32,000 bases of DNA from positions 1,020,001 through 1,052,000 of the forward strand of contig NZ_JAGIOS010000003.1 in assembly GCF_017876815.1 (NCBI RefSeq), given 5' to 3'. Both the position numbers and the translations under genes were made by a program. The stretch is from Sinorhizobium meliloti. GTDB lineage: Bacteria; Pseudomonadota; Alphaproteobacteria; Rhizobiales; Rhizobiaceae. The stretch's first letter is position 1; each line of letters opens with the position of its first letter. Positions 22,525 through 30,715 of the stretch are shown piece after piece. Under the pieces are notes generated by a model. It was not told where the DNA came from, made no database searches, and worked only from the letters and a program-made list of their open reading frames with translations.

Positions 22525-23529
22525 ATGAGGCTGCCGCCCGCCCGCCTGAGGAATTTGAGCGTCGCCCTGCTCGAAAAGCGGGGTGTTCCTGCCGACTCCG
22601 CTCGTCTTCAGGCAAATCTCCTCTTGGAGGCCGAGCTGCGCGGGTTGCCCTCCCACGGCCTGCAACGGCTGCCGTTGCTTCTTTCCCGGCTGGATAAGGG
22701 GCTCGCGAACCCCACGACCCGTGGAAACGGAACCTGGCGAAGAGCCTCATTTCTGAGCGTCGACGGCGAACGCGGTCTTGGCCCAGTCGTCATGATGGAC
22801 GCCATGCGCGTCACGCGAAGGATCCTTAAGGAGACAGGGCTCGCCATTGCCGCGATCCGCAACGCCAATCACATGGGAATGCTTGCCTATTATGCGGAAG
22901 CCGCCGCAAGAGACGGCCTGATCGGCATTGTCATGTCGACCAGCGAAGCGCTCGTGCACCCATTCGGCGGAACGCAGGCCCTGATCGGCACCAATCCGGT
23001 CGCGATCGGCATCCCTGCGGCTGGCCGCCCTTTCGTGCTGGATCTCGCAACCAGCATCGTTTCCATGGGCAAGATCAACAACCATGCGATGCGTGGTCTG
23101 GCGATCCCGCCCGGCTGGGCAGTGGACCGAGACGGTCGCGCGACAACCGATCCGCACGCGGCACAGGCAGGGGCGATCGCGCCCTTCGGCGACGCCAAGG
23201 GATATGGTCTGGGCCTTGCGATCGAGCTTCTTGTCGCGGCGCTTGCCGGATCCAACCTTGCGCCTGATGTAAATGGAACGCTCGACGACATTCATCCCGC
23301 CAATAAAGGCGACCTTCTCATTCTGATCGATCCGTCGGCAGGCGCGGGTAGCATACCGGCACTTGCCGCCTATCTCGATCGCCTGCGCCTATCCCGCCCG
23401 CTCGACCCTACGCAACCAGTCGCCATTCCGGGAGATGGGGCACGAGCACGACGCGCTGCAGCAGCGAAGACGGGCATCGAGCTGCCGCAGCCGCTTTTCG
23501 ACCACCTTACGGCTCTCGAGGCCGCCTGA
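22525..23529 (+). CDS. Ldh2-family (malate/L-lactate/ureidoglycolate/sulfolactate dehydrogenase type 2) NAD(P)H oxidoreductase
   Basis: 334 aa. Family motifs LRGLPSHGLQRLP, NHMGMLAYY, GTNPVAIGIP, GDAKGYGLGLAIELL. Confidence 0.9.
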   Translation: MRLPPARLRNLSVALLEKRGVPADSARLQANLLLEAELRGLPSHGLQRLPLLLSRLDKGLANPTTRGNGTWRRASFLSVDGERGLGPVVMMDAMRVTRRILKETGLAIAAIRNANHMGMLAYYAEAAARDGLIGIVMSTSEALVHPFGGTQALIGTNPVAIGIPAAGRPFVLDLATSIVSMGKINNHAMRGLAIPPGWAVDRDGRATTDPHAAQAGAIAPFGDAKGYGLGLAIELLVAALAGSNLAPDVNGTLDDIHPANKGDLLILIDPSAGAGSIPALAAYLDRLRLSRPLDPTQPVAIPGDGARARRAAAAKTGIELPQPLFDHLTALEAA

Positions 23530-23550
23530 ACTCATCGGAGGACATACGGA

Positions 23551-24750
23551 ATGAACCTATTCGGCACACTGAGGGCGCCGCGCGAACTGCTATTCGGCGC
23601 CGGGCAGCGCCATGCCCTTGGGGGCATCGCCGCCAAGCTCGGCCAGCGCGCGCTGATCGTCACGGATACGCGCCTTGCCGTGGATGCCGACTTGCTTGCA
23701 CTGGTGCGGCGAGTCGAAGAGGCAGGGCTTGAGGTGATGGTGGACAGCTCCACCCTGCCGGACGTTCCGGTGGAATCGGCTATCGTGAGCGCTGCAGCGG
23801 CCAGAGGCTTTGCGCCGGACCTCGTCATCGGCATCGGTGGCGGGTCCTGTCTCGACATGGCGAAATGCGTCACCCTCCTCCTTACCCACGGCGGGCGGCC
23901 ACAGGACTATTACGGCGAATATGCCGTGCCGGGACCCGTGATGCCATTGATCGCCATTCCCACCACCGCCGGCACCGGCTCGGAGGTGACGCCCGTCGCC
24001 GTGCTTTCGGATGCCGAGCGTAGCCTGAAAGTTGGCATTTCAAGTCCGCACCTAATTCCGGCGGTATCGATCTGCGACCCCGAACTCACCCTCTCCTGCC
24101 CATCCGGCCTGACTGCGATCGCCGGCGCGGACGCCCTGACGCATGCGATCGAAGCCTTCACGGCAATCCGGCGCGAGCCCGTCCCCGGTATCGCGCAGCA
24201 GCGCGTCTTCGTCGGTAAGAACGAGCTTTCCGATCACTTTGCCCTTAGCGCCATTACCCTCCTGTGGCAGGGGCTCGAGAGGGCCTGCAAGGACGGCGCC
24301 GACGCCGGCGCGCGCGAAAAGGTGATGCTCGGCGCAACGCTCGCCGGTCTTGCTTTCGGGGTGGCGGGTACTGCCGCGGCCCACGCCATCCAGTACCCTG
24401 TCGGCGCGCTCACCCATACGGCGCATGGCCTCGGGGTCGCCTGTCTAATGCCCTATGTCATGACTTGGAATGCGCCGCTCATCCGCGACGAACTCGCGCA
24501 GATCGCGCATGCGGCCGGGCTCGGCGGACCGGATGAAGTGATCCCTGCCCTCGTTTCGCTCTTCGAACGCATCGGCATTCCCGCCACCCTGCGGGACCTC
24601 GGCCTCGAGGAAGACCGGATCGATTGGGTGGCAGAACAAAGCTCGGGTATCGCACGCCTAATCCAGAACAATCCCCGCCCCTTGAACCCGCACGAGATAC
24701 GCAACCTCGTCGCCGCCGCCCATTGCGGCGATCGCTCCCGCCTGAACTGA
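23551..24750 (+). CDS. Iron-containing (group III) alcohol dehydrogenase, 4-hydroxybutyrate/lactaldehyde dehydrogenase-like
   Basis: 399 aa. GIGGGSCLDMAK nucleotide motif, PTTAGTGSE, metal-ligand His motifs DALTHAIEAF and AAAHAIQYP. GGAGGA RBS. Confidence 0.9.
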   Translation: MNLFGTLRAPRELLFGAGQRHALGGIAAKLGQRALIVTDTRLAVDADLLALVRRVEEAGLEVMVDSSTLPDVPVESAIVSAAAARGFAPDLVIGIGGGSCLDMAKCVTLLLTHGGRPQDYYGEYAVPGPVMPLIAIPTTAGTGSEVTPVAVLSDAERSLKVGISSPHLIPAVSICDPELTLSCPSGLTAIAGADALTHAIEAFTAIRREPVPGIAQQRVFVGKNELSDHFALSAITLLWQGLERACKDGADAGAREKVMLGATLAGLAFGVAGTAAAHAIQYPVGALTHTAHGLGVACLMPYVMTWNAPLIRDELAQIAHAAGLGGPDEVIPALVSLFERIGIPATLRDLGLEEDRIDWVAEQSSGIARLIQNNPRPLNPHEIRNLVAAAHCGDRSRLN

Positions 24751-24766
24751 GTCGAAAGGACCCTCC

Positions 24767-26230
24767 ATGACGTTTCATGCCAAGTTTTCCGGCTACGCCG
24801 ATCCTGCCCTGCATGCCGCGGGCCTCTACATTGGCGGCAAATGGCAAAGCGGCAGCGGAATAACCGTTCTCGACCCTTCGACCGGTAATCTGCTGGCCGA
24901 GGTCGCCGACGCCTCCATCGAGGACGCACAGCGCGCAGTCGATGCCGCGGATGCCGCTGCGGCCGGGTGGCGCGCCACTCCAGCTCGCCAGCGCTCGGAA
25001 ATCCTGCGACGCTGGTATCAGCTGATGACACAGCACGCCGAGGAGCTTGCAACGCTCATAGCACTGGAAAACGGCAAGGCCCTGGCCGACGCACGCGGCG
25101 AAGTCGCTTATGCCGCCGAATTCTTCCGCTGGTACGCTGAAGAGGCGACCCGCATTCCGGGCGAATTCCGGCACACTCCCTCCGGGTCGCACAATATCCT
25201 CGTTGACCATGAGCCGATCGGCATTGCCGTCCTGATCACGCCCTGGAATTTCCCGGCCGCTATGGCGACGCGCAAGATCGGGCCCGCCCTTGCCGCCGGC
25301 TGCACGGTGATCCTGAAACCTGCCTCGGAGACGCCGTTGACAGCCTATGCCATGGCCCGTCTCGGGGAAGAGGCGGGCGTCCCGCCTGGCGTCGTCAACG
25401 TGCTGACCACAAGCAATCCAGGCGGAATAACGAATGCGATGCTCGCCGATCCGCGCGTTCGAAAGCTTTCATTCACCGGCTCGACCGGCGTTGGCCGCGT
25501 TCTACTTGCCGAAGCCGCCAAGTCGGTCGTCAGCTGCTCGATGGAGCTCGGCGGCAACGCGCCTTTCATCGTGTTCGACGACGCGGACCTCGAGGCGGCA
25601 CTCGACGGTGCGATGATCGCCAAGATGCGAAACGCTGGAGAAGCCTGCACTGCCGCCAATCGTTTCTATGTCCAGGCGGGCATCCATGATGCGTTTGTCG
25701 CCGGCCTCACGGCGCGGATGAAGTCACTGAAGCTCGGCCCCGGCTACGATCCCGAGACGCAATGTGGACCCATGATCACGCAAAACGCCGTCCGCAAGAT
25801 CGACCGGCTCGTCTCAGAGGCACTCGCCGCGGGTGCGCGGGCAACGACCGGCGGCAAACCGCTCACGGAAAACGGGTACTTCTATCCGCCGACGGTACTC
25901 GAAAACGTCCCCGTAAACGCGTCGATCGCACGTGAGGAAATCTTCGGACCGGTCGCGCCTGTCTACAAGTTCGAAAGCGACGACGAAGCGATCCGCCTCG
26001 CAAACAATACGGAGTATGGCCTCGCCGCGTACATCTACAGCCGCGATCTCAAACGTGCGATGAAGGTCGGCAAGCGCATCGAAACCGGCATGCTCGGCAT
26101 CAACAGGGGCCTGATGTCAGACCCCGCCGCTCCCTTCGGCGGCGTCAAACAGAGCGGCCTTGGCCGCGAAGGCGGCGTGACGGGCATCCTGGAATTCATG
26201 GAGCCGAAATATTTCGCAGTTGATTATTGA
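24767..26230 (+). CDS. gabD: NAD(P)-dependent succinate-semialdehyde dehydrogenase (aldehyde dehydrogenase family)
   Basis: 487 aa. ITPWNFPAAMATRKIGPALAAGCTVILKPASETPLTA is close to E. coli GabD as I recall it. Also MELGGNAPFIVF (catalytic Glu), GEACTAANR (catalytic Cys) and EEIFGPV. Confidence 0.9.
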   Translation: MTFHAKFSGYADPALHAAGLYIGGKWQSGSGITVLDPSTGNLLAEVADASIEDAQRAVDAADAAAAGWRATPARQRSEILRRWYQLMTQHAEELATLIALENGKALADARGEVAYAAEFFRWYAEEATRIPGEFRHTPSGSHNILVDHEPIGIAVLITPWNFPAAMATRKIGPALAAGCTVILKPASETPLTAYAMARLGEEAGVPPGVVNVLTTSNPGGITNAMLADPRVRKLSFTGSTGVGRVLLAEAAKSVVSCSMELGGNAPFIVFDDADLEAALDGAMIAKMRNAGEACTAANRFYVQAGIHDAFVAGLTARMKSLKLGPGYDPETQCGPMITQNAVRKIDRLVSEALAAGARATTGGKPLTENGYFYPPTVLENVPVNASIAREEIFGPVAPVYKFESDDEAIRLANNTEYGLAAYIYSRDLKRAMKVGKRIETGMLGINRGLMSDPAAPFGGVKQSGLGREGGVTGILEFMEPKYFAVDY

Positions 26231-26245
26231 TCGGCGGAGCAGACG

Positions 26246-27091
26246 ATGACAGCACAGGACCTCTACCGCATTCGCGACTTCGTGCCCGATTTCGACACGA
26301 TCGCCGCAGAGTTCGCCGAACGCAGCTGGGCCCTTTCGGCGCGCGCCGACGTTCGGGCAGACATACGGTACGGCTCGGGCGTGCGGGAGGTCATCGATCT
26401 CATCTTACCGGAGCGCGTGCAGGCCGGCGCGCCCCTGCATGTGTTCGTTCACGGCGGATATTGGCGCTCCGGCGAAAAGATCAACTATCGTTTCGTCGCT
26501 GCACCGGTTCTTGCGGCGGGCGGCATTGCGGCCTTGGTCGAATACGACCTGATGCCTGGCAAACGCCTGGACGTGCTGGTGGATCAGGTTCGACGATCGG
26601 TGCTCTGGCTTCAAGCCCACGCGGGGGATTTCGGCGCGGATCCTGCGCGACTGACCGTCAGCGGTCATTCGGCAGGCGCGCATCTTGCTTCCTTCCTTGC
26701 CGCGACCGGGCCCGAGGAAGCCTACCCGCCCTCCCTGCCGACGCTCCAAGGCTTGCTGCTCCTAAGCGGAATCTACGACCTGTCGGGAATACCGGACAGC
26801 TTCCTGCGACACGAAGCGGAGATGACACCGATGGAAGCGGCCGCATGGTCGCCTCTTACCAGCTCGCAGCTCCCCTGCCCGTTGCGCATCATCGCTTATG
26901 GGGCGGACGAGACGGCGCCATTCCAGAATCAGGCGGCCGGGCTATGTGAGCTGCTGCGTGCCCAGGACAAAAGTGCCGAACTGCTCCCGGTTCCCGATCT
27001 CAACCACATGAGCATCGTCCTGGACCTTGCCGACACCGACGGCGTACTCGGCCGGCAGCTTCACGATTTGGTAGCGCAACCCACGCGGTGA
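26246..27091 (+). CDS. Alpha/beta hydrolase (arylformamidase/esterase-like)
   Basis: 281 aa. Oxyanion motif VFVHGGYW and nucleophile elbow VSGHSAGAHL. C-terminal Asp/His candidates (DET, NHM). Confidence 0.85.
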   Translation: MTAQDLYRIRDFVPDFDTIAAEFAERSWALSARADVRADIRYGSGVREVIDLILPERVQAGAPLHVFVHGGYWRSGEKINYRFVAAPVLAAGGIAALVEYDLMPGKRLDVLVDQVRRSVLWLQAHAGDFGADPARLTVSGHSAGAHLASFLAATGPEEAYPPSLPTLQGLLLLSGIYDLSGIPDSFLRHEAEMTPMEAAAWSPLTSSQLPCPLRIIAYGADETAPFQNQAAGLCELLRAQDKSAELLPVPDLNHMSIVLDLADTDGVLGRQLHDLVAQPTR

Positions 27092-27230
27092 AACATGAAG
27101 GAGTTTTAGGGCCAAGGCGCTCGCGGCGGCAAAGGCGGGCGCCGAAGAAGTTCGCCGCTGGTGTGTTGGGCCACGTCGATGAAGGGATGCGAACCGCGGA
27201 CCGGATCAAAAACTTCGCCGCAGCATAATA

Positions 27231-27246
27231 TTATACACTCGTATAA
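27231..27246. promoter_or_regulatory. Perfect 6-4-6 palindrome TTATAC-actc-GTATAA upstream of the amine dehydrogenase gene
   Basis: Located in the 255-bp gap, about 100 nt upstream of ATG 27347 and embedded in a local AT-rich patch. The arms resemble the ATAC/GTAT arms at 22484-22505, but the spacing is 2 nt shorter. Confidence 0.45.
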
Positions 27247-27346
27247 CAAATCTCTTGCCTGACGGAAGGTTCCCGATATTTTGGCGGCCGCCCCAACCGC
27301 CGCGCTCCGGCGCGGCGGACCACAGCTCCCTTCAGGATGGCAGGAA

Positions 27347-29440
27347 ATGTCCCGAGACTCCCGCTTCGATATTCTATTCGAACCCGTCAAGATCGGCCCC
27401 GTGACGGCGCGCAACCGTTTCTATCAGGTGCCCCACTGTTCCGGCATGGGCTACCGCTATCCCAATGCGGAAGCCCATCTGCGCGGCATGAAGGCTGAAG
27501 GCGGTTGGGCCGTCGTTTCCACCCAGGAGGCGGAAATCCACCCGACATCGGACCTGACGCCAGCCAACGAAGCCCGTCTTTGGGACGACGGCGATCTCCC
27601 GGCCCTTTCCGCCGTTACGGAACGTATCCACGCCCATGGCAGCCTCGCGGCCATCCAGCTTGTGCACAACGGCCTGCACGTCGCCAACCGTTTCAGCCGG
27701 ATGATCCCGCTCGCTCCCTCGCACGCCGTCAGCGACAGCCTCGATCCTGTCCAGGCGCGCGCAATGGACAAGGCAGACATCACCGACATGCGCCGCTGGT
27801 ATCGCAATGCCGCGCTGCGCGCCAAAAAGGCCGGCTTCGACATCGTCTATCTCTATGCCGGCCACGACATGAGCGTGTTGCAGCACTTCCTGTCCCGCCG
27901 CCATAACGACCGCAGCGACGAATATGGCGGCTCCTTCGAAAACCGGCTCCGCCTGTTCCGAGAGATTCTGGATGATGTGCGCGAGGCGATCGGCGACACC
28001 TGTGCGCTGGCGGTGCGCCTCGCGGTGGACGAGCTGATGGGTCCGTCCGGGATCACCTGCGAGGGGGAAGGGAAGGACATCATTTCGGCGCTCGGCGAAC
28101 TTCCGGACCTTTGGGACGTCAATCTCTCCGACTGGTCGAACGATAGCCAGACGGCTCGTTTCTCCGAAGAAGGCTACCAGGAGCCCTATATCCGCTTCGT
28201 CAAATCCGTCACGACCAAGCCGGTGGTCGGCGTCGGCCGCTATACGTCGCCGGACAGCATGGTACGGGTTGTAAAACAGGGCATTTTGGACTTCATCGGA
28301 GCCGCGCGCCCGTCGATCGCCGATCCCTTCCTGCCGAAGAAGATCGAGGAAGGGCGCATCGATGACATCCGCGAATGCATCGGCTGCAACATCTGCACCT
28401 CCGGCGACAATACCAACGTACCGATGCGCTGCACGCAGAACCCGACAGTTGGCGAGGAATGGCGCAAGGGCTGGCATCCGGAGACCATCGCAAGATCCGA
28501 AGCTCCCGAACCCGCCCTCATTATCGGTGGCGGACCGGCGGGCCTGGAAGCGGCACGGGCGCTTGCCCAGCGCGGCGTCGATGTCATGCTGGCGGAAGGC
28601 GGCGGCGAATGGGGCGGTCGCGTTGCGCGCGAATGTCGCTTACCCGGTCTTGCGACCTGGGGCCGCGTGCGCGACTGGCGCATCGGCCAACTCAGCACCC
28701 GCGTCAATGCAGAGCTTTACCTGCACAGTCCGCTTTCGGCCGCCGACATATTGCAATACGGCATCCCCCATGTGGCGATCGCGACCGGAGCGAGCTGGCG
28801 GACGGACGGCGTTGGCCGCACCCACCGGATGGCGCTCGATTTTCTGTCGGAAGGCATCCTCGTCTCTCCCGACGCCATTCTTTCCGAGGGCGCCGAGGCA
28901 GTGCCGTCGGACGGTCCCGTCGTCGTCTTCGACGACGATTGCTTCTACATGGGCAGCGTGCTCGCCGAACTGCTCGCCAGGAGGGGGCGCACGGTTACCT
29001 TCGTAACGCCCGAATCCCAGGTCTCGCCCTGGAGCAGGAACACGCTGGAGCAGGCACGTATCCAGAAGCGCCTCATCGGTCTCGGCGTCGAGATCGTCAC
29101 GGCCATGGCGCTCGCCGGTCGAACGAAAGACCAGCTGGAACTATCCTGCGTCTACAGCGGCAGGTCCCGCCCGGTTGATTGCGCCACTCTCGTCCCGGTC
29201 ACCGCCCGCCTGCCGGACGAAACGCTGTGGCTGGAACTCAAAGCACGCGAAGCCGAGTGGGCCGATGCCGGCATCAAGACCATCACCCGCCTCGGCGACT
29301 GCCTCGCGCCAGGCCTGATCGCCGCCGCCGTCTATTCCGGCCATCAATATGCCCGGACCTATCAGGAACAGGTCGACAAAGATCGGGTCCCATTCATGCG
29401 GGAAGATATTGCAAGGCTTTATGGTCTTCGCTCGGGGTAG
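27347..29440 (+). CDS. Trimethylamine/dimethylamine/histamine dehydrogenase-family FMN + 4Fe-4S + ADP-binding flavoprotein
   Basis: Start at MSRDSRFDILFEPVKIGP (ATG 27347). NRFYQVPHCSGMGY contains the Cys that is 6-S-cysteinyl-FMN in TMADH. 4Fe-4S motif CIGCNICTSGDNTNVPMRC, and GGGPAGLEAARAL dinucleotide fold. Colinear with W3A1 TMADH as I recall it. Confidence 0.9.
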   Translation: MSRDSRFDILFEPVKIGPVTARNRFYQVPHCSGMGYRYPNAEAHLRGMKAEGGWAVVSTQEAEIHPTSDLTPANEARLWDDGDLPALSAVTERIHAHGSLAAIQLVHNGLHVANRFSRMIPLAPSHAVSDSLDPVQARAMDKADITDMRRWYRNAALRAKKAGFDIVYLYAGHDMSVLQHFLSRRHNDRSDEYGGSFENRLRLFREILDDVREAIGDTCALAVRLAVDELMGPSGITCEGEGKDIISALGELPDLWDVNLSDWSNDSQTARFSEEGYQEPYIRFVKSVTTKPVVGVGRYTSPDSMVRVVKQGILDFIGAARPSIADPFLPKKIEEGRIDDIRECIGCNICTSGDNTNVPMRCTQNPTVGEEWRKGWHPETIARSEAPEPALIIGGGPAGLEAARALAQRGVDVMLAEGGGEWGGRVARECRLPGLATWGRVRDWRIGQLSTRVNAELYLHSPLSAADILQYGIPHVAIATGASWRTDGVGRTHRMALDFLSEGILVSPDAILSEGAEAVPSDGPVVVFDDDCFYMGSVLAELLARRGRTVTFVTPESQVSPWSRNTLEQARIQKRLIGLGVEIVTAMALAGRTKDQLELSCVYSGRSRPVDCATLVPVTARLPDETLWLELKAREAEWADAGIKTITRLGDCLAPGLIAAAVYSGHQYARTYQEQVDKDRVPFMREDIARLYGLRSG

Positions 29441-29444
29441 AGCA

Positions 29445-29575
29445 ATTCCAGGAAAAGTGCGCAGCGGTTTTCCATCCGGAGTTGCGGCAAAACAAAGGGG
29501 TAGAGCGTTTCCGCAATTCGGAGAAAAGCGGAAATGCTCTAGGATCGTTTTGCGCCGGGATCCTCCGCCCCACCG
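29445..29575. repeat. Intergenic hairpin element resembling Rhizobiaceae/Brucellaceae interspersed repeats
   Basis: 13-bp inverted repeat agagcgtttccgc (29502-29514) / gcggaaatgctct (29528-29540), 12/13 complementary, plus aggatc...gatcct (29541-29565). The pseudo-translation EKCAAVFHPELRQNKGVERFRNSEKSGNAL recalls spurious ORFs often annotated over such repeats (recollection). Only one copy in this window. Confidence 0.45.
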
Positions 29576-29608
29576 AATCGATTGGGCACGCTGGACCGCG
29601 ATGGTAAA

Positions 29609-30586
29609 CTATCTTCGCGCTCTGTATCTGTCGAAAGCCGTCAGCCGCTGCGTCGGAGGATCTGCCTCGTCCCAGCGATAGATCTCCTTCCGAAGGAAGC
29701 CGAGTTCAGCCTCGAGCTCCTCCTCGGCGACCTCTATCCACCAGGATTTTGGGCGGCCGTCGCTGCCATCGGACCAGCGGTACCCGCGAGCCTTCAGCAC
29801 GTCCTTCAGGTCGAACGGCGCATTCTCCGCGAAAATCCTCACCCGTGAACGCTGGCTCGCTTTGTAAAGTTCGGCGAACGGCGGCAGTGCGGCGCCACCA
29901 CTGGACTGTTCCAGGACCCCGAGGAGAGCAAAGCAGTCATCTACAGCCCGATGCCCGTCGTGGAAATATCCGCTCTGACCGATCAGATAGCCGAGCTTCG
30001 TGCCTTCAAAGCCGCGGCCACTCCAATCGATTTCGGAGACGGAGCACGCCCAGGCCTTGCGGACAAACACATCCGAAAACGCTTCGCAAAACGGCCGATC
30101 GAAGCCGGCATTGTGGGCGATGATGAGATCCGCAGGCCCAACGATTGCTTGGACTGCAGCAATATCGATTGACTGGCCGGCGACCATGGCATCGGTGATA
30201 CCCGTCAACCGGGTGATGTCGGGTGGAATGGCAATTGTCGGCTGCTGCAAACCGCCATAAACAGCTACCACATCGCCGATCTCGCCCTCCTCGTTGTAGG
30301 TGAACGAGACAAGCCCGATCTCGATGATCTCGCATTTACGGGCATCGAGCCCGGTCGTCTCAGTGTCGAGGATGACGCCCCTCAGGGGAAAACCGGGCCT
30401 CACCTCGGATGCGACCGTGCGAGCTTCAAGCTTTCGCAAGATCCTGTAGCGACCCGTCGCCTTCAACGCGGCAAGCATCTCGGTTTCGGAGAAGGATGTC
30501 GACGTCTGCCGCCGGGCACGGCTTGCCTCGGCTCTCGCGGCTGCTGGTCGCACATCTCGGGCAAACATGTCGAGCTGAGAGGTCAT
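29609..30586 (-). CDS. DnaQ-like DEDDh 3'-5' exonuclease with N-terminal extension and C-terminal extra domain
   Basis: Exo motifs VILDTETTGL, IAHNAGFDRPF, HDGHRAVDDC. C-terminal LKARGYRWSDG...KSWWIEV module. ATG 30586 (MTSQLDMF), preceded by GGGGA, is preferred over TTG 30613. Confidence 0.85.
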   Translation of the reverse strand: MTSQLDMFARDVRPAAARAEASRARRQTSTSFSETEMLAALKATGRYRILRKLEARTVASEVRPGFPLRGVILDTETTGLDARKCEIIEIGLVSFTYNEEGEIGDVVAVYGGLQQPTIAIPPDITRLTGITDAMVAGQSIDIAAVQAIVGPADLIIAHNAGFDRPFCEAFSDVFVRKAWACSVSEIDWSGRGFEGTKLGYLIGQSGYFHDGHRAVDDCFALLGVLEQSSGGAALPPFAELYKASQRSRVRIFAENAPFDLKDVLKARGYRWSDGSDGRPKSWWIEVAEEELEAELGFLRKEIYRWDEADPPTQRLTAFDRYRARR

Positions 30587-30715
30587 CCGATCCCCATCGT
30601 TAAGGTGCGTCAACTCTAAAGCGCCGGTTGCCCTATGAACACCTCCCCATGCTCATACCCACCGATAATGCGATGGAGCACCCCACATGCGCTATTTTCA
30701 GCGCGTCGGCAACAA

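Noticed and set aside
17419-29440. Other long shadow ORFs (17419..18162 +, 18166..18936 +, 19179..20249 +, 21659..22510 +, 24453..25210 -, 26227..26949 +, 27374..28477 -, 28362..29178 +)
   Set aside because: All overlap motif-supported genes, either on the opposite strand or in another frame. They have low-complexity Arg/Pro/Gly-rich translations. I found no independent RBS or domain evidence.
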